Below are positions 38,635-51,903 of a DNA stretch of 64,000 bases, one piece after another (the stretch's first letter is position 1; every line of letters starts with the position of its first letter). The notes beneath the pieces were generated by a model that had not been told where the DNA came from, did not search any database, and saw only the letters and a program-made list of their open reading frames with translations. Source of the stretch: Lama guanicoe (Eukaryota); contig MU053881.1 in NCBI GenBank assembly GCA_013239625.1, forward strand, positions 10,902,873 to 10,966,872, written 5' to 3'. The translations under genes and the position numbers were made by a program.

Positions 38635-39060
38635 CTCAGGAGCAATTATCATTAAGAGACGTGGGAGAAGAGAAACAACGAGCAAAGGAGATTAAGAAGA
38701 GCTTCCAGTGAAAGAGGAGGAAAATCAGGAGAAAATGGTATACTTACCACAAGTCAAGGACGGAAACACATCAAAGAGAATGGAAAGATAAAAGTGTAAA
38801 ATACTGCTGCTAATAAAGTACAATGTGAAATGGGATAACGGAATTAAATATTGTGGAGAGGCCTGGTGATCTTGATAAGATAGTCTGATGGAAAGTTCAG
38901 GGAGAAAACCTGGTTGGTGTGAGTTCAAGGGAGTATGGAAAGCATTAATTCTTTTGATGGGTTTCGCTATAAAATAAAAAGAAATGAAGTAACAGTTAAA
39001 AAGGCAAGTGGGGTCAAGAGAAGGTTATTTTAGGGAGAAATAATAGTGTGTTTATCTGAT
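38635..39060 (-). mobile_element. L2 LINE fragment
   Basis: gagcaaaggagattaagaagagc...gaggaaaatcaggaga...ggtgatcttgataaga. Confidence 0.7.
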
Positions 39061-42000
39061 AATGAAGAAGATTTGGTTATGGGTATTAAAATATGAACCT
39101 CAAAAAGTTTTAAAATGTTAGTTTTATACAAATATATAGTGATAGCTCTTTAGTCAACTTAATAATGAGAGAACCAGAAAAATGGTAAAGAAGATTCAGT
39201 AAAAAGAGAGGTTGGAAAAAAGAATGTGGAATTAGACTGCAAAGTTATACACTAAACAGATTGAGAGCTTGCAGTAATTAAACTATAATCTTTGGTGTCA
39301 TCTTTCCCCTATAGGATGGAAATCATCTTTATCTTTCCAGATGAAAATAATTTGCAATTTAAAAATCTGCAAATTAACATCAAACTTTACAGCTTTGGGG
39401 TCATTATCGATAGTAAATAGTATGTCAAACAAAATTATACCACTTTTATAATTTATTTTAAAATGCACTAAAGATCAATAAATGGACTGATAGTGGGGTA
39501 AACTGACAAATTGATATGTAGTAAAACAAGTAGAGTAAAATATTAACTGTAGAATTTTGGTTATAAGTGTGTAGTTGTTCACTATAAAATTCTTTTAATT
39601 TGCAATATGTTTGATAACTGTTTAAATAAAACTTTTTTAAGGAAAAATACATTCCCAATGATTAGATGATTCTTAAGCAAGATTATTAGAAAATACTCTA
39701 GTATAATGTTCAGAAAACACAAAATAAACTTCTTACCTTATTTCCAAGTTTGCATGATTTTTCTTAAGAGGGAAAGATGATAATGTAGGGCAAAGAGGGA
39801 GGAAGTGCTGAAGTAGAGATCAGTACTCACATATGCAAGAGTGGAAGGGATCCTTTGCATAAATAAGGATGCCGGTCTTAGCTGGGATCACCGTTCATTC
39901 AGAAGAGCATTTGGAGAAGCTCCAGCATGGGTGCTGATGAAGGTGGTTCAGGATACAAGGTGGGAGGAGCTTACAAAATTCTTCTCTAAATCCCTCTATT
40001 GGAAGCAAGGATTGAGATCTGAGAAGAGAAAAGATTTAAAATAGTCAGCTGCAAAGGTGGGAGAGCATAAGCCATGTGTGTCTCCACCTGTGTTCACCTG
40101 TGCAGGTGCAGGTGCGATACAGGCAGCAGGCGGTATTAACCAGAGTCATGGTTTTGCCACATGAGTATGAATGATAGCGTACAAATGTCTGCGAGGCTAA
40201 AGCGAATGGCCTTTGGTCTGTGGTGTTAAAGCTTAGAAAATTATTAATGATAAGAAATAAAATAATTTTTACCTAGCAAGAAGCTAATTCAAGCTAAAAT
40301 TGAGATGTTTGAGTGGAGCAATTCATCTTTCCATTTCAATTATTCAATCCACGTTTTTGGAGAAGGTTTTCTGCTTTGTAAAATTAAATAGTGGCAATCT
40401 TTCTATTTAAGGGCACATGTTTTGGGCTCAGTTCATACATTTCACAACAATACCTGATTTTTATTCTCCATTAATACTGGTGGAAGCACATTAATAACCT
40501 TGGTGTAGCAAACAAAATACAGATAATTATGTACTGGTCTACAGATACACTTCTAAACACAGGAGCTGAGGTCTTGTAATTAAAGTCACATGTACAACTT
40601 TAAAAGTTAGCCCACAGGGAAGACTAGAAAACATCCATCATGGAATATCCAACTGAGTGTTCGGAACATATTTCATGAAACCTTGCATTTTAAGTGACTT
40701 TTCTTTTTAAAACTCTGATTAGCTTTTAATTTAAATCTGAGAAATCACCACTTGTACTTTTGCCTTAAAAAAATCAGCCTATATTATAAAGTTAATTCAC
40801 ATTCAAACTTTCTGGTTTTAAATACATGCATTTAACTCCTCCTTGTTATATTTTAAAAATCACTTCATGCAAATTTAATGAAAAACTAATTACGGTTTCC
40901 CACCAGTGTACTTAGACAAAATAGTAATTGTATTGGCCTGTCTTCTTTTTTGTTTCTGTGAAAAGTTGTGTTCCTCAAATGAATCATTATCTACAGAATA
41001 ATTAAATGTTGCTGATACGGTCTATTCACCCCCCCTTGTACACAAAAACAGTGGAATCTGTCTTCTTAGAAATCTATCTTTGTCATGTTGGATAAGCTCA
41101 CTGTCCATCACACAACTGGCATCAATCCTTACTCAATTACACAAGAATACAGTACTATATTAAAAGATAAATAAGGTTTAATTTTAATTGCCAAAAGCCT
41201 GTGAGTTCATGTTCCATTATACATTAAGAGGATGAATTATTTTTTTTAAAAGTGCTCTCATGGAAAGTCTTACGAGTACATGGGCAGCATTGCTCTGTCT
41301 GCAGTCTAGGCTGTACTTTCAGGAGTTTTTAAACCATTTAGGTCATCATGAACACCACCATTGTTTTTCTTGACAGCAAATCTCTGGAAAGACCTGAGAA
41401 TTTATGACAGCACTGCAGTTAAGTACACGACTAACTCTGACACACTCCAGTGTCAACCAGCTGTTTGGACATGAAGTTAACTGGGTGTCAAAATGCCTTG
41501 GGCTCTGCTGGGTTTTTTGTCAGAGATGTGATAAAGGGCTTTCTTCCCAGAAGTGCTTGAGAGAGACTGGAGAATATCAGGTCACAGAAATGAGGACAAG
41601 AAGGCAGTATATTCAGGTAAGTTTTCAAATTAGAGACTTACGAACCTCTTGCCGAGTGGTCACCATTGAGTATGTGTGAGTTTGCTTGAACTCCAGAAAG
41701 ACTGAGGATCTCCTTGAACCCTCAAAAGCCAAGACTACTGATTCTTCCTGCTGTTATTTCTTCTTTTCCAATTGAGATGTCTTTTTTTTTTTCTTGCCTT
41801 ATGACACTGGCTAGTGTATCTCTAGTACAATGTGAAAAAAGTAGTGAGAAAGAGCATCTTTGCCTTGTTTATGACCTAGGTGAAAAGCATTCAGCCATTT
41901 ATTGTTAAATATGATGTCAGCTGTAAATTTTTTATAGATGCCCTTCATCAGCATGAGGAAATTTCCTTATATTCCCAGTTAGCTCAGAGTTTTTATTGAG

Positions 42001-42133
42001 AATGAATGATGGATTGTGTCAAGTGCTTTTTCTGCATCTAATGAAATGACCATCTGGTTTTTCATTTTAAGTCTATTCATATAGTGAATTGAATAGACTT
42101 CATTATAGTGAATTGATAGCATTGACTGACTTT

Positions 42134-43134
42134 ATTTCTAGAACAGTTTTAGATTTACAAAAAAACTTCAGAAGATATTACAGAGTTTACGTATACTCCA
42201 TGCCTAGTTTCCACTGTTGTTAATCTTATGTTACTATTGTGTGATTGTTATAATTGATAAGCAGCACTGACATATTATTATTAACTAAAATCCATAGTTT
42301 ATTCAGATTACTTTAGTTTTTACCCTATGTCTTTTTTATTCTCCAAGCTCACATCTAGGACACCACATTATATTTGGTCATTGTCTATTACATTGGTCTG
42401 CTATAATAAAAATTATCAATAAATTGGGTGTCTTACAAACAACAGAAATTTGTTTCTCACAACTCTAGAGGCTAGGAAGTCCAAGAACAAGGCACTGGCA
42501 GAATCAGTTTCTGGGGAGAACCTACTTCTTGGTTCATAGGTGGCAGTCTTCTTGCTATAACCACACATGGTAGAAGGGATAAGTGAGCTCTCCACAGTCT
42601 TTTTTTATAGGGACACTATTACCATTCATGAGAGCTCTGCCCTCATAACCTAGTCACCTCCTCAAAGCCCCATCTTCAAATACCAACACACTGGAGATTT
42701 GGTTTCAACATAGGGATTGTTGGGGGATACAAACACACAGTCTAGAGCAATCTTGTCACTTCAGAGTCCTCTTAGCTGTCAAAGTTTCTCAAATTTGACG
42801 TGTTTTTGATATACTTAAAGTTTTGAGGAGTATTGAAGGGAATTTTATAAGTATTCCCCATATTGAAATTTGTTTGCATTTTTTCTCGTGATTAGATCGA
42901 GATTATGGGTTTTTGGCAGATCAGGGAGGTAAAAGGGTCATTTTCATAGAGTCATATCATAATACAAACTATCAATATAATTTATAACTGTTTATGTTGA
43001 CCTTGATCACGTGGCTGAGGAAGTGTTTGTCAGATTTCTCTACTGTAAAGTTATTCTTTTGTTCCCTGTTTTCACACTGTACTCTTTGCAAGAAAAGTCA
43101 CTATGCACAGGGCTGTTTAAGGAAAGGGAAATGG
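42134..43134 (-). mobile_element. L1MC-like 3' end nested in the older L1
   Basis: agaacagttttagatttaca...ttaactaaaatccatagtttattcagatt...ctctactgtaaagtta; TSD attgactga(c/t)ttt at 42121-42133 and 43135-43147. Confidence 0.8.
42382..42749 (-). mobile_element. MaLR solo LTR (MLT1A-like)
   Basis: aaacaacagaaatttgtttctcacaactctagaggctaggaagtccaaga...ccattcatgagagctctgccctcataaccta; TG...CA ends. Confidence 0.9.
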
Positions 43135-44742
43135 ATTGACTGATTTTTAAATGTTAAATGACATTTGCATTCCTAGATAAACACCACTTGGTCTTTACGT
43201 GTTATCCTTTTCATATAATGTCAGATTAGATTTGTGAAAATTTTAAGAATTTTGCATGTATGTTCATAAGCAAAGTTGTCTGTCATTTTGGATTCTTATA
43301 ATGTTTTTAAGCTAATTTTGGTATCATGGTAATGCTGGCCCTATTGAATGAATTGGGAAATATTCTCTCCTATTAAATTTTATGGAAAAGTTTACTTAGA
43401 AATGTTGCTTCCCCAACCCCTTCATTAATTGTTTGGAAGAATTGCCCAGAGAAGCCATCTTGACCTTGAATTGTCTTTGTGAAGGGAGTTTCCAGTTATC
43501 CATTTCTGTTTGTTTGAGCTTTGTTAATTCGTGTCTCTCAAGAAATGTGTCCATTTCATCTAAGTTGTGAATTTAACATGACATTGTTCATCATATTCCC
43601 TTTTTGCCATTTTAATATCTGCACATTTTTAGTGATGTCACTTTTTCATTCTTGACATTGAGAACTCATGCCTTACCTATTTTTTTTCCTGATTAATTTG
43701 TCAAATGATCAGTTTGGAAGTTTAGCAATTTTATTGATCCTCTCAGTGACACATCTTTTAGTTTCCCTAATTTCTATCATTTTTTTCTGATTTGGGAATT
43801 CATTGAACACCATGCTGGTCTTTATTATATCCTTTCTTTTACTAATTTTGGGTTTCATCTTTTTTTCTAGCTTTTTTGTTACTAGCTTTTTAAAAGGGGG
43901 GATGAGGTCATTGCCTTGAAACTTTTGCTATTTTCTAATATAAGCTGCTGTACACTTCCTTCGAAGTACTGCTCTATCAGCACGCCACAAATTTTGATAT
44001 GTTTTCATTTTCAGTCAATTCAAAACATTACCTAATTTCACTTTTAATTTCTTTGACTCACGGATTATTTGGAAGTATATTATTTAGTGTCTAAATATTG
44101 GGGGTTTTATGGATATCTTTCTGTTGTCACTTTCTAACTTAATTCCGTTTTAACCAGAGGACCTCCATTTTATGTTTGAGTTACTTTAAATTTATTAATA
44201 CTTATTTTATGGTCCTGAATACGTTTAAATTGGCAAATGTTTTCAGTGTACTTGAAAAGAAGGTATATTACGTAGATGTTGATGGAAGGATTCTGTAATT
44301 GTCAATTAGTTCAAGTTGGTTAATAGTTTTCAAGTTTTCTATATGCTTACTAATTTTCCATTTACCTATTCTAGATGTCTTAGATATAAAACCACAAGCA
44401 AAAGTGATAAAATAAAAATTAAAATAAAATAGGTTGCATCAAAGATAGTATTTATTTCAAATCTACAATTCAAAAAATACCACTAAGCTGCTAGTGAAAG
44501 CACACTGAAAGTTAGTACTTCTTCCATGCCAGGTGTGATGGAAACCCATCTTAACCCTTGAGGGAAGGTGAGAGAACCAAAGATGAAGATATGAAGTAAT
44601 GGTGGCCATTTGATTTTCTCTGTAGCAAAAAGCCATTTGTGGAGATGGGAGTACAGATAGTGATAAGCCAGTTTGGAGTGCTATAAATTTGGTCTAGGGC
44701 AGTCATGAACAAGAATGTGTGAGATACCATTATTCATAATGG

Positions 44743-44744
<2 letters not shown>

Positions 44745-44778
<34 letters not shown>
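44745..44778. repeat. (AC)17 microsatellite
   Basis: Read directly. Confidence 0.97.
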
Positions 44779-44780
<2 letters not shown>

Positions 44781-46564
44781 CCTGGAAACAAAGCCAATGC
44801 TCAGAAAGAAGGATGGATGAATAAATTTTAGAATGTCCATTATGTGAAAATTTGTACAGTCTAAGAAAAGAATTAGAAATATTCTAGGTGACTCAAATCG
44901 TTTGCATAGGGTGCTACCAAAAAAAAAGTTTATGTATAATTTGATCTTCTTTTGAAAAACAATTTAAAAAACACTTTGATGTGTATTGTATGTGTACACT
45001 GTATAGACATGTGTACCTGATTATACATACATGGCTATGTGTACACATAGCAGTAGATAAGATTCTTTATATAGAAAGGAAAAACTATATTCCCATAGGA
45101 ATTATGGAGGAGGAGTCAAAGAAAATACTATTCTAAACAGATAAATATATAATTACTTTTTACATTCATATACATGTTGTTTCGTACATGTCTTCCTGAG
45201 TTAAAGCAAAAGGTTAAAAATTTAAAAGGAAAACACATACAATATTAATTTGCAATTTAATACAAAGCCCACTGATGAGCACGTCATATCCCTATTATTC
45301 CACTTGCCATCTCATACAACTTCATTTCACTCCATGCACCGTGGTCAGGTTAAGCTTCCTACAAACCTGGCTTTGCATTATCCTCGCCCTCTTAGGCAAA
45401 ATGGCACCATAGGTGTTATACTACCTGCAAACCCCATCAAATTCATTCACACTGTTTTATTCATCATTCCTGTCAGGGCAACCTCCTTACTTGTCAGTAT
45501 GTTTTTTGAATGCATTTCCATCCTCAACTCTCCAACATTATCATCACTCCCACCAAATCAATATGTTTGCTGTGCCAAATCATTTATTAGGCCTACTGCT
45601 GTTTCTTTGATCATTGAAGTTCTTTCAAATAAAATATTCCCCATCCTCCTCTTTACCAGTTCATGTCACTCACTTCCCTTAAAATACCACTTCATTGCAA
45701 ATTAAAAGACTTAAACCGACCCTTACCCATTGATCCATTTCTGGGATAGTCAATGAGGGTCAAAAAGATTTAGTGGCAAGGATGTTCACTGAAACTTTCT
45801 AATAGCAGCACTACCGGAAACTGCTGTATGCTTAGTTAGCAGCAGAGAATTAGTTATGTAATTACAGCACATCAATTCAATGACCAAAAAGCAGACGTTA
45901 AAAATTGTATTATTGAAAACTGTACACTCTCACAGAAAAAAGAATATATTTAGTGTTGATCCTTAAATTTAAAAGAAAAAGGTTTCAAAACATAGAAATT
46001 GTTTAATTGACGGAGTTTTATATTCTGCAACACTACATACAGATATATAATTTGTAAGAAAACACAGTAATTAGTTTCACAGGGTGGTTTCTTACAATAT
46101 TCTTCGTGACTGGATGATGGTATCACTGCCAAGACCAATTTTAGAAAAGTAATTCAAAGACAATTTAAAGCAAAAGAAGCGAGGTGGGAGAGTGCATGAT
46201 GTTGAGCTGGCTGATTACTTACAGAACAGAATTTAAAGTGTTTGGAATGGACAGGCTATATCCTCCAGGAAAGTCTTCCTAAATATTGGTTCTCTTGGCG
46301 ACAGTTTTGTATAATTATACATACTTATCTAGAAGCAGTGAGTTAGAAATTATTTTCTCTGGCAGATATCTACAGTGTAGATTTTTTTTTTTTTTGCTGT
46401 CAGTTAACTGCAGTCAGCAGAATTTCTATAAAATTTAAATTATCAAGTTAAAAAATGTAAAACCTGATAAGGCAGATGATGAACTAACAGCCCTTTCCAA
46501 ATATTGTCCTGTTTCATGTAAGTTTAAAGTTTAGAAAATCAAATACTAATTTTCATAATTTCTT

Positions 46565-46760
46565 TTACCAAGGCAACATAGTTACACAGAGTGAGATGTA
46601 AGCAGAAGTTGCTTGGTGGGTTTCTGAGAACTTCTGCTTCTGTAATAAAAGGGACAGATACAGCCTGCACCATTCCTTCCTACTTTGTTCTTGCCTTGAA
46701 TGCAACTGTGATGCCTGGAGTTTTTCAAGCCACCAAGAGGGAAGGACCAAATGGATTGTA
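46565..46760 (+). mobile_element. Old MaLR LTR fragment (MLT1J/K-like)
   Basis: tgagatgtaagcagaagtt...cttgccttgaatgcaactgtgatgcctggag. Confidence 0.7.
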
Positions 46761-46879
46761 GATATTAAATAGAGATTTTCTTAAGTAATTTAACGTAGTA
46801 CAGTTAGATAAGTGCCTCAAAGAAAAAGTAGAAGGTGTCCACCGGATACTGAAATATTTGATCTAATAAAAACTAATGC

Positions 46880-49550
46880 ATTTAATTAAACAAAATATAT
46901 TAATATATTTTCATGGTAAATATTCAAACGATCAAAAAGTGTATTAAGTAAAAAAAATTCACAGTGTCCACCTTTCCTCAACCCAAGCTGCAATTCTCTT
47001 TTTTTAAGACTATTTTTTCAGAGTAGTTTTAGATTAATAAAATTGAGCAGATTCAGAGGTGTACTTCCCTTTTCAAAGGGAATCACTGTGAATAGCTTGC
47101 TCTTTGTTCTTCAAGACCATCGTTTAAGTATTTATTTAGATATATATGGCACATAAAAGTATACTATTTTATTTTATATGATTTAGCCAAAAATGGTACT
47201 ATTGCCTTGTTCTGAAATATTCTTTCCTCATTTACTAATGTGACGTGGAAATCTTGTCAAATACATCCATATAGATTTCACCTCATCCTTTTTATCTACT
47301 GTTTCGTAAGCCATATTATGAAGGCAAGACTTACTGAATATAATTTAGGTTATGTTCAATTTTTTTGCTATTGTAAGTGCTATTCATATATGTATATATA
47401 CATTAAAATATGTGAATTTTTGTGCACATCTGTGAGTAATTCTTTGGGCTAAACACCTAGTTCTATAATAGTAACTATAAGACTAGGTAAGCAAATTGCA
47501 AATTTTGATAGTTACTGTCAAATTATCCTCGTAAGAATGTTTTATAAATTTATCTTATCATTGGCAAATGGGATATTGTGTTTCTCCACAACCTTAACCC
47601 AAATTGATATCATTAATCACTTTTAGTTATTCTTGCAAATGTAATGGGCAAAGTAAACCTATTTTAATTTGCATTCTCAAATTATTCAGTTATCTTGTTA
47701 TACATTTACTGAAATACATATTACATTATTCTTTTGTGCAAAGCCTATTCCTTTATTTTGTCTTTTTTCTAGAAACTATCTTTTTGTTACTGATTTTAGT
47801 ATTTCTTTTAATAGTCCTGATACTAATTTTTAGCCATATTATACAAAGAAAACAACTATTTTATCCAAATATGCCAATTTAATATTTATATTTTCTAAGT
47901 ATTTCACCTCTACAGAGCATTTAACTTTTATATAGTTAAAACCATCAGTTTTTGCTTTAAGATTTACGTGCATTGGCAGGCTGGCTGCTACTAGAAAAAT
48001 CATAATAATTATTCACAACTTCTTTCAAATGCTTTTATATTTGGCCCTAAATTTAACTATTTAGCCCATCAGGGAAGTATTTTTTGTGTATATCGTGATT
48101 TAGGGTTCTCACTTTGCCTGTTTTTCAAAGAGAAGGTCAGAACATTATTAATTAGTTTGTTCTAGGAAATACCACCATTTTTCCCCTCACTCACTTGTTC
48201 AGACTTTCATGATATTTTATGTTATTTTGAAATATTTCAGACATTTAGAAAATCACAGTGAATGATACAGCAACCCCCATTACCCAGCTATATCCAAAAT
48301 TATTTTTTTTTTGCTTGAGATTAAAGGAAAGAAAGAATCAGTACAGAGAATATTCCTCTCCATTTCTAACGTTATTCCTCTCTCTGAGAGCATTAACTTC
48401 CTGAAGTTTTTGTGCACCATTTCTGTTCGTGCGATTACAATTTTTTTACCCTTAAATGTAGCCATTAAAAACAGACAGTACAATTTCCATGTTTTATGCT
48501 TTATATTGTGATATCGCCTTCTAGCATGATGCCACAATTTCCCTTCCCACCATTTTACTTCTTTGAGATGTTTTTTCAGATGATTATTTTACAATCAAAA
48601 GGTTTTTTTAAATTTATTTAATCATATCACTTCCTGGTTTCTCTGCTGTTATTTCTCTTATTCTGTATCTGCTTTTTGAATTTTTAAATCTACTTTGCTA
48701 ACCTATATTATCTTGAAGTGTTCCAGAATACATCTGTGGGTGGTTAGAATTCTCAGTTCTTATATTAGTGAAACTGTTCCTTCTCTCTGGAATGCTGCTA
48801 CAGCAGAGTATAGAATTTTGTATTATCATTTCATCGTCATCTAGTTTTCAGTGGTCTTCTTGATTCTCTTGGGATACTGACTCTTATTTTGTAGTTAATT
48901 ATTTTAAATTCCCTTTAAAAATCCTAAGATTTTCTCATCAGCCTTGGTTTAATACCTTTTGTGCACAACATGTAGATGTACTTCCTTTTTCATGTGTCCC
49001 ACTTGAGAGTTGGCGGTTACTTCCTCTGCGAATAATTATAACTTCATGAGCTCTTGATATTTTCTTCTACTGCCTCTGATTATTTCCCTTCCTTTTTCAC
49101 AGATTTATCTCTTTAGAAGTCTTAATTGATGAATATGTTTTTTATGTTTCTTTTTCATCCAAGCATTTTAAATTCTCTTTCATAATTTTAACCTTCAGCT
49201 TTACTGCATTTTCAGTAAGTTTCTTCCAGTTTTTGACTTAAAAAAATCTGCCTATTCCATCTATCTGAGCCTGTCTAAATAATATTTTCTCCTTGATAAT
49301 ATTTTTCTATTTCCAAGGTATTTATTTGCTTTCTTTTAAAACAGACACTCCCCCAAACACCCAAAGATGTAATACCCAATTTCACTCTCTGAAAATATAA
49401 AATATATTTTAAAAAATTCTTGCATCTGCTCTACTAACATTGTGGCTTTCTATGTTATTTTTTCCATTTATCAATTTTGTTTCTTGTCTTTCATGCCATT
49501 GATTTTCCTCAAATGCTTGTTGACTTTTAGTTATTCACGTTTGGCATTCC
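46880..49550 (-). mobile_element. Highly degraded L1ME-like fragments
   Basis: T-rich tract with L1 3' antisense motifs (aatttaggttatgttcaattttttgctatt, ttttaatttgcatt); boundaries uncertain. Confidence 0.55.
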
Positions 49551-50725
49551 ATATTCACCTACTCTAAGGTGCTATTTCTATTTAGCATTAATTGCCTTCA
49601 ATGACTATGAATGAGTCACAGGATTGCTGTCAAATTCAACATGCTAGCAGCTTGACTTCTGGCCATGAAGGCCTTCGAGTCCCTAACCACTAATAATACC
49701 AGTTGGTCTTCTGGAGGGAGGAAATGTTTCCTAATTCTTACAATCCATAGCAAGTATCTCTGCTGTTCACTGCTTGACGTAAACAGGGAACAAAGTTTCA
49801 AACCAGTCAGCTAGCTTGACGGGCTATTTTCTCAAATACATTGACAGTCGTCCTGGGACTTCTAATCTGTTTCTTATATCCACTGCCTCTGGGTGACTAA
49901 ATGACTGTGACATTATTTTTTCCAGTTCCAGGGACTGTGATTCATAGAAAGAGCATCTACTTTGAAAATAAAACACTGAGGTAAATCCTCTACATACGAC
50001 TTGGGACTTGGGGAGCCATGTGGCCATTGGCAAGTGAATTAACCCTTCTGTGGGCAAATTTCCTTATTTGTAATAACAATGATCATAATAGCTTTATCAC
50101 AAGTAAGCATTAGCCATACTATATTTTAAAATACTTATAAGAATATTTGGCACATAGTGTCTGCTTTAGAGGTCATAGTTTACTCCATCATATTTAAATG
50201 CATTAACTATGGTAATTGGTGAACATTTATCTCATTAACAATTCAGAATACCTATTTAGCTGTTATTTAGGAAAGAGAAAATATCTGAGAAAATGTGGGC
50301 ACCAGATAGCTAGATTTTAATGGTTAAAAGACTAGAAAATATTCATTGGATGAGGTGTTACAGTGGTAGTTCCAAAGAATAAAAGCTTAATAATTTGGAG
50401 GAGGCAATCAAAAAAATAATTCCTACTTCTCAGAATTGGCCTTATATACTGTCTCATCTAGATGCAAATACAGATGATTAACATTATTGCTGCTTCAACC
50501 TCAGATTTTATGAAGATAAGCAAGTACTTGTGATCAAGCATTCTTATTATAATCTACAGGAATTCAACAGTTCACGCAACAACTTTGGATACGAAGTTTA
50601 AAGAGAATAGGGAGAAAAATTCTTGTAGAAGCAGTTATATTTACACATACCTACAAAGAGAGAGTTTATTTAGAATCCAAATATATTTTCCTTACTATCA
50701 CTCGGAGCCTTCTTTATGTTACCGG

Positions 50726-51226
50726 TGAGTGGGGAGCAGAATATGTGACCCCAAAATATGTCACTTTGGCATGTAGATTATTTTAGCTGAAGGCAATCAG
50801 GAACTAAAACAGACTCAGGAAGAATTTGGTTTCTGTATTTGTTTTTTCCTCTTCTCTCCCTTAACTGCCTAAAAGAATTAAGATAGAGGGTCTGTATCAG
50901 GAAGATAGCTAATAATACTGGAGACAACATTTTACATCAGAAGCTTATAGCATGGCATGGCAAACATTTATTTACCAAATATTTGCTCTTCCCATCTGCC
51001 TATGAGTTGTTCTCCTCTTTGAAGTCCCAGATCCTTGTCTCCTTTCCGTTAGCTTAGGATGGCATATAAGCCTCAACTGCCTGATTGAGAGCTTTATACC
51101 TTTGAGTACCTGTATGTACAAAATTAGATTTTTTTTTCCTCCTGTTAATCTGTTTTATGTCTACTTAATCACTAGACCAGCTAAAACACCTATATGGGAA
51201 TAAGGGAAAACTTTTTCTCCTCTACA
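50726..51226 (+). mobile_element. ERV1-class solo LTR (MER34-like), 501 bp
   Basis: TG...CA ends, gcagaatatgtgaccccaaaatatgtcactttggcat start, TATA-like catataag near 51063, ctgttaatctgt...ttctcctctaca end, 4-bp TSD ccgg/cagg. Confidence 0.88.
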
Positions 51227-51639
51227 CAGGCAAGAGTCAGCTGCTGAGGCTGTAAATTAGATGCTATGGTAGAGCTGATTCACCTCTTGCATGGTCAATT
51301 TGATTCATTTTTCTACAGAAAACAAAATAAACAGACCAACTGACACAAAGGTTGTTATCTTAATCATCTTACTGTCTCAACTAATGCTGTAGTTTCTAAT
51401 CCACTGTACATAATAATTTGAAAACAATCAACGAGATTTATAATTTAGCAAGTTGTTTTATATGGGTTTAATTACAATTTCTTATTATATTAAGCACTTC
51501 ATAGGTGAATAGAAGAAACTGAAAATTTTGTTTAAAACTGATAATATGTATAAATCACATATTTTAGGGGGCACATGTATTTCATTACTCCTTCAATAAT
51601 GAGTTTGAAAAAAATAATTTTTTAAGTGTTAAAGAAAGA

Positions 51640-51903
51640 ATGGAAGTAGAATTATGGGCTGCTTATACACACTAGCTCTGAAGTCAAATTATGTGAAGAT
51701 GAACTCTGATCTACCCATGTAAAAGCTGCATGACTTTAGGCAACTTCTCTAAGCTCTCTAGGCCAGTTTTTTACCAGGTCTGTGAAACAGAGATAACAAC
51801 ACTTACTTCATAGTGTTGATGTGAGGGTTAACGGAGGTAAGGTACACAAAACACACCAACACAGAGAGAATAATAAGCACTGTGTAAAGATTAACTATGA
51901 CTA
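51640..51903 (+). mobile_element. MIR SINE
   Basis: gctctgaagtcaaa...agctgcatgactttaggcaac...ttgatgtgagggtta. Confidence 0.7.

Larger units (their letters stand above)
41745..44370 (-). mobile_element. Ancient L1M ORF2 fragment hosting nested insertions
   Basis: Colinear similarity to the young L1 antisense ORF2 (ttttccaattgagatg..., tgctttttctgcatcta, ttttggtatcatggtaatgctggcc); interrupted at 42134-43134. Confidence 0.85.

Noticed and set aside
45250..45705. 151-aa ORF
   Set aside because: Non-ATG start, low-complexity S/L/F/H composition, no recognisable domain
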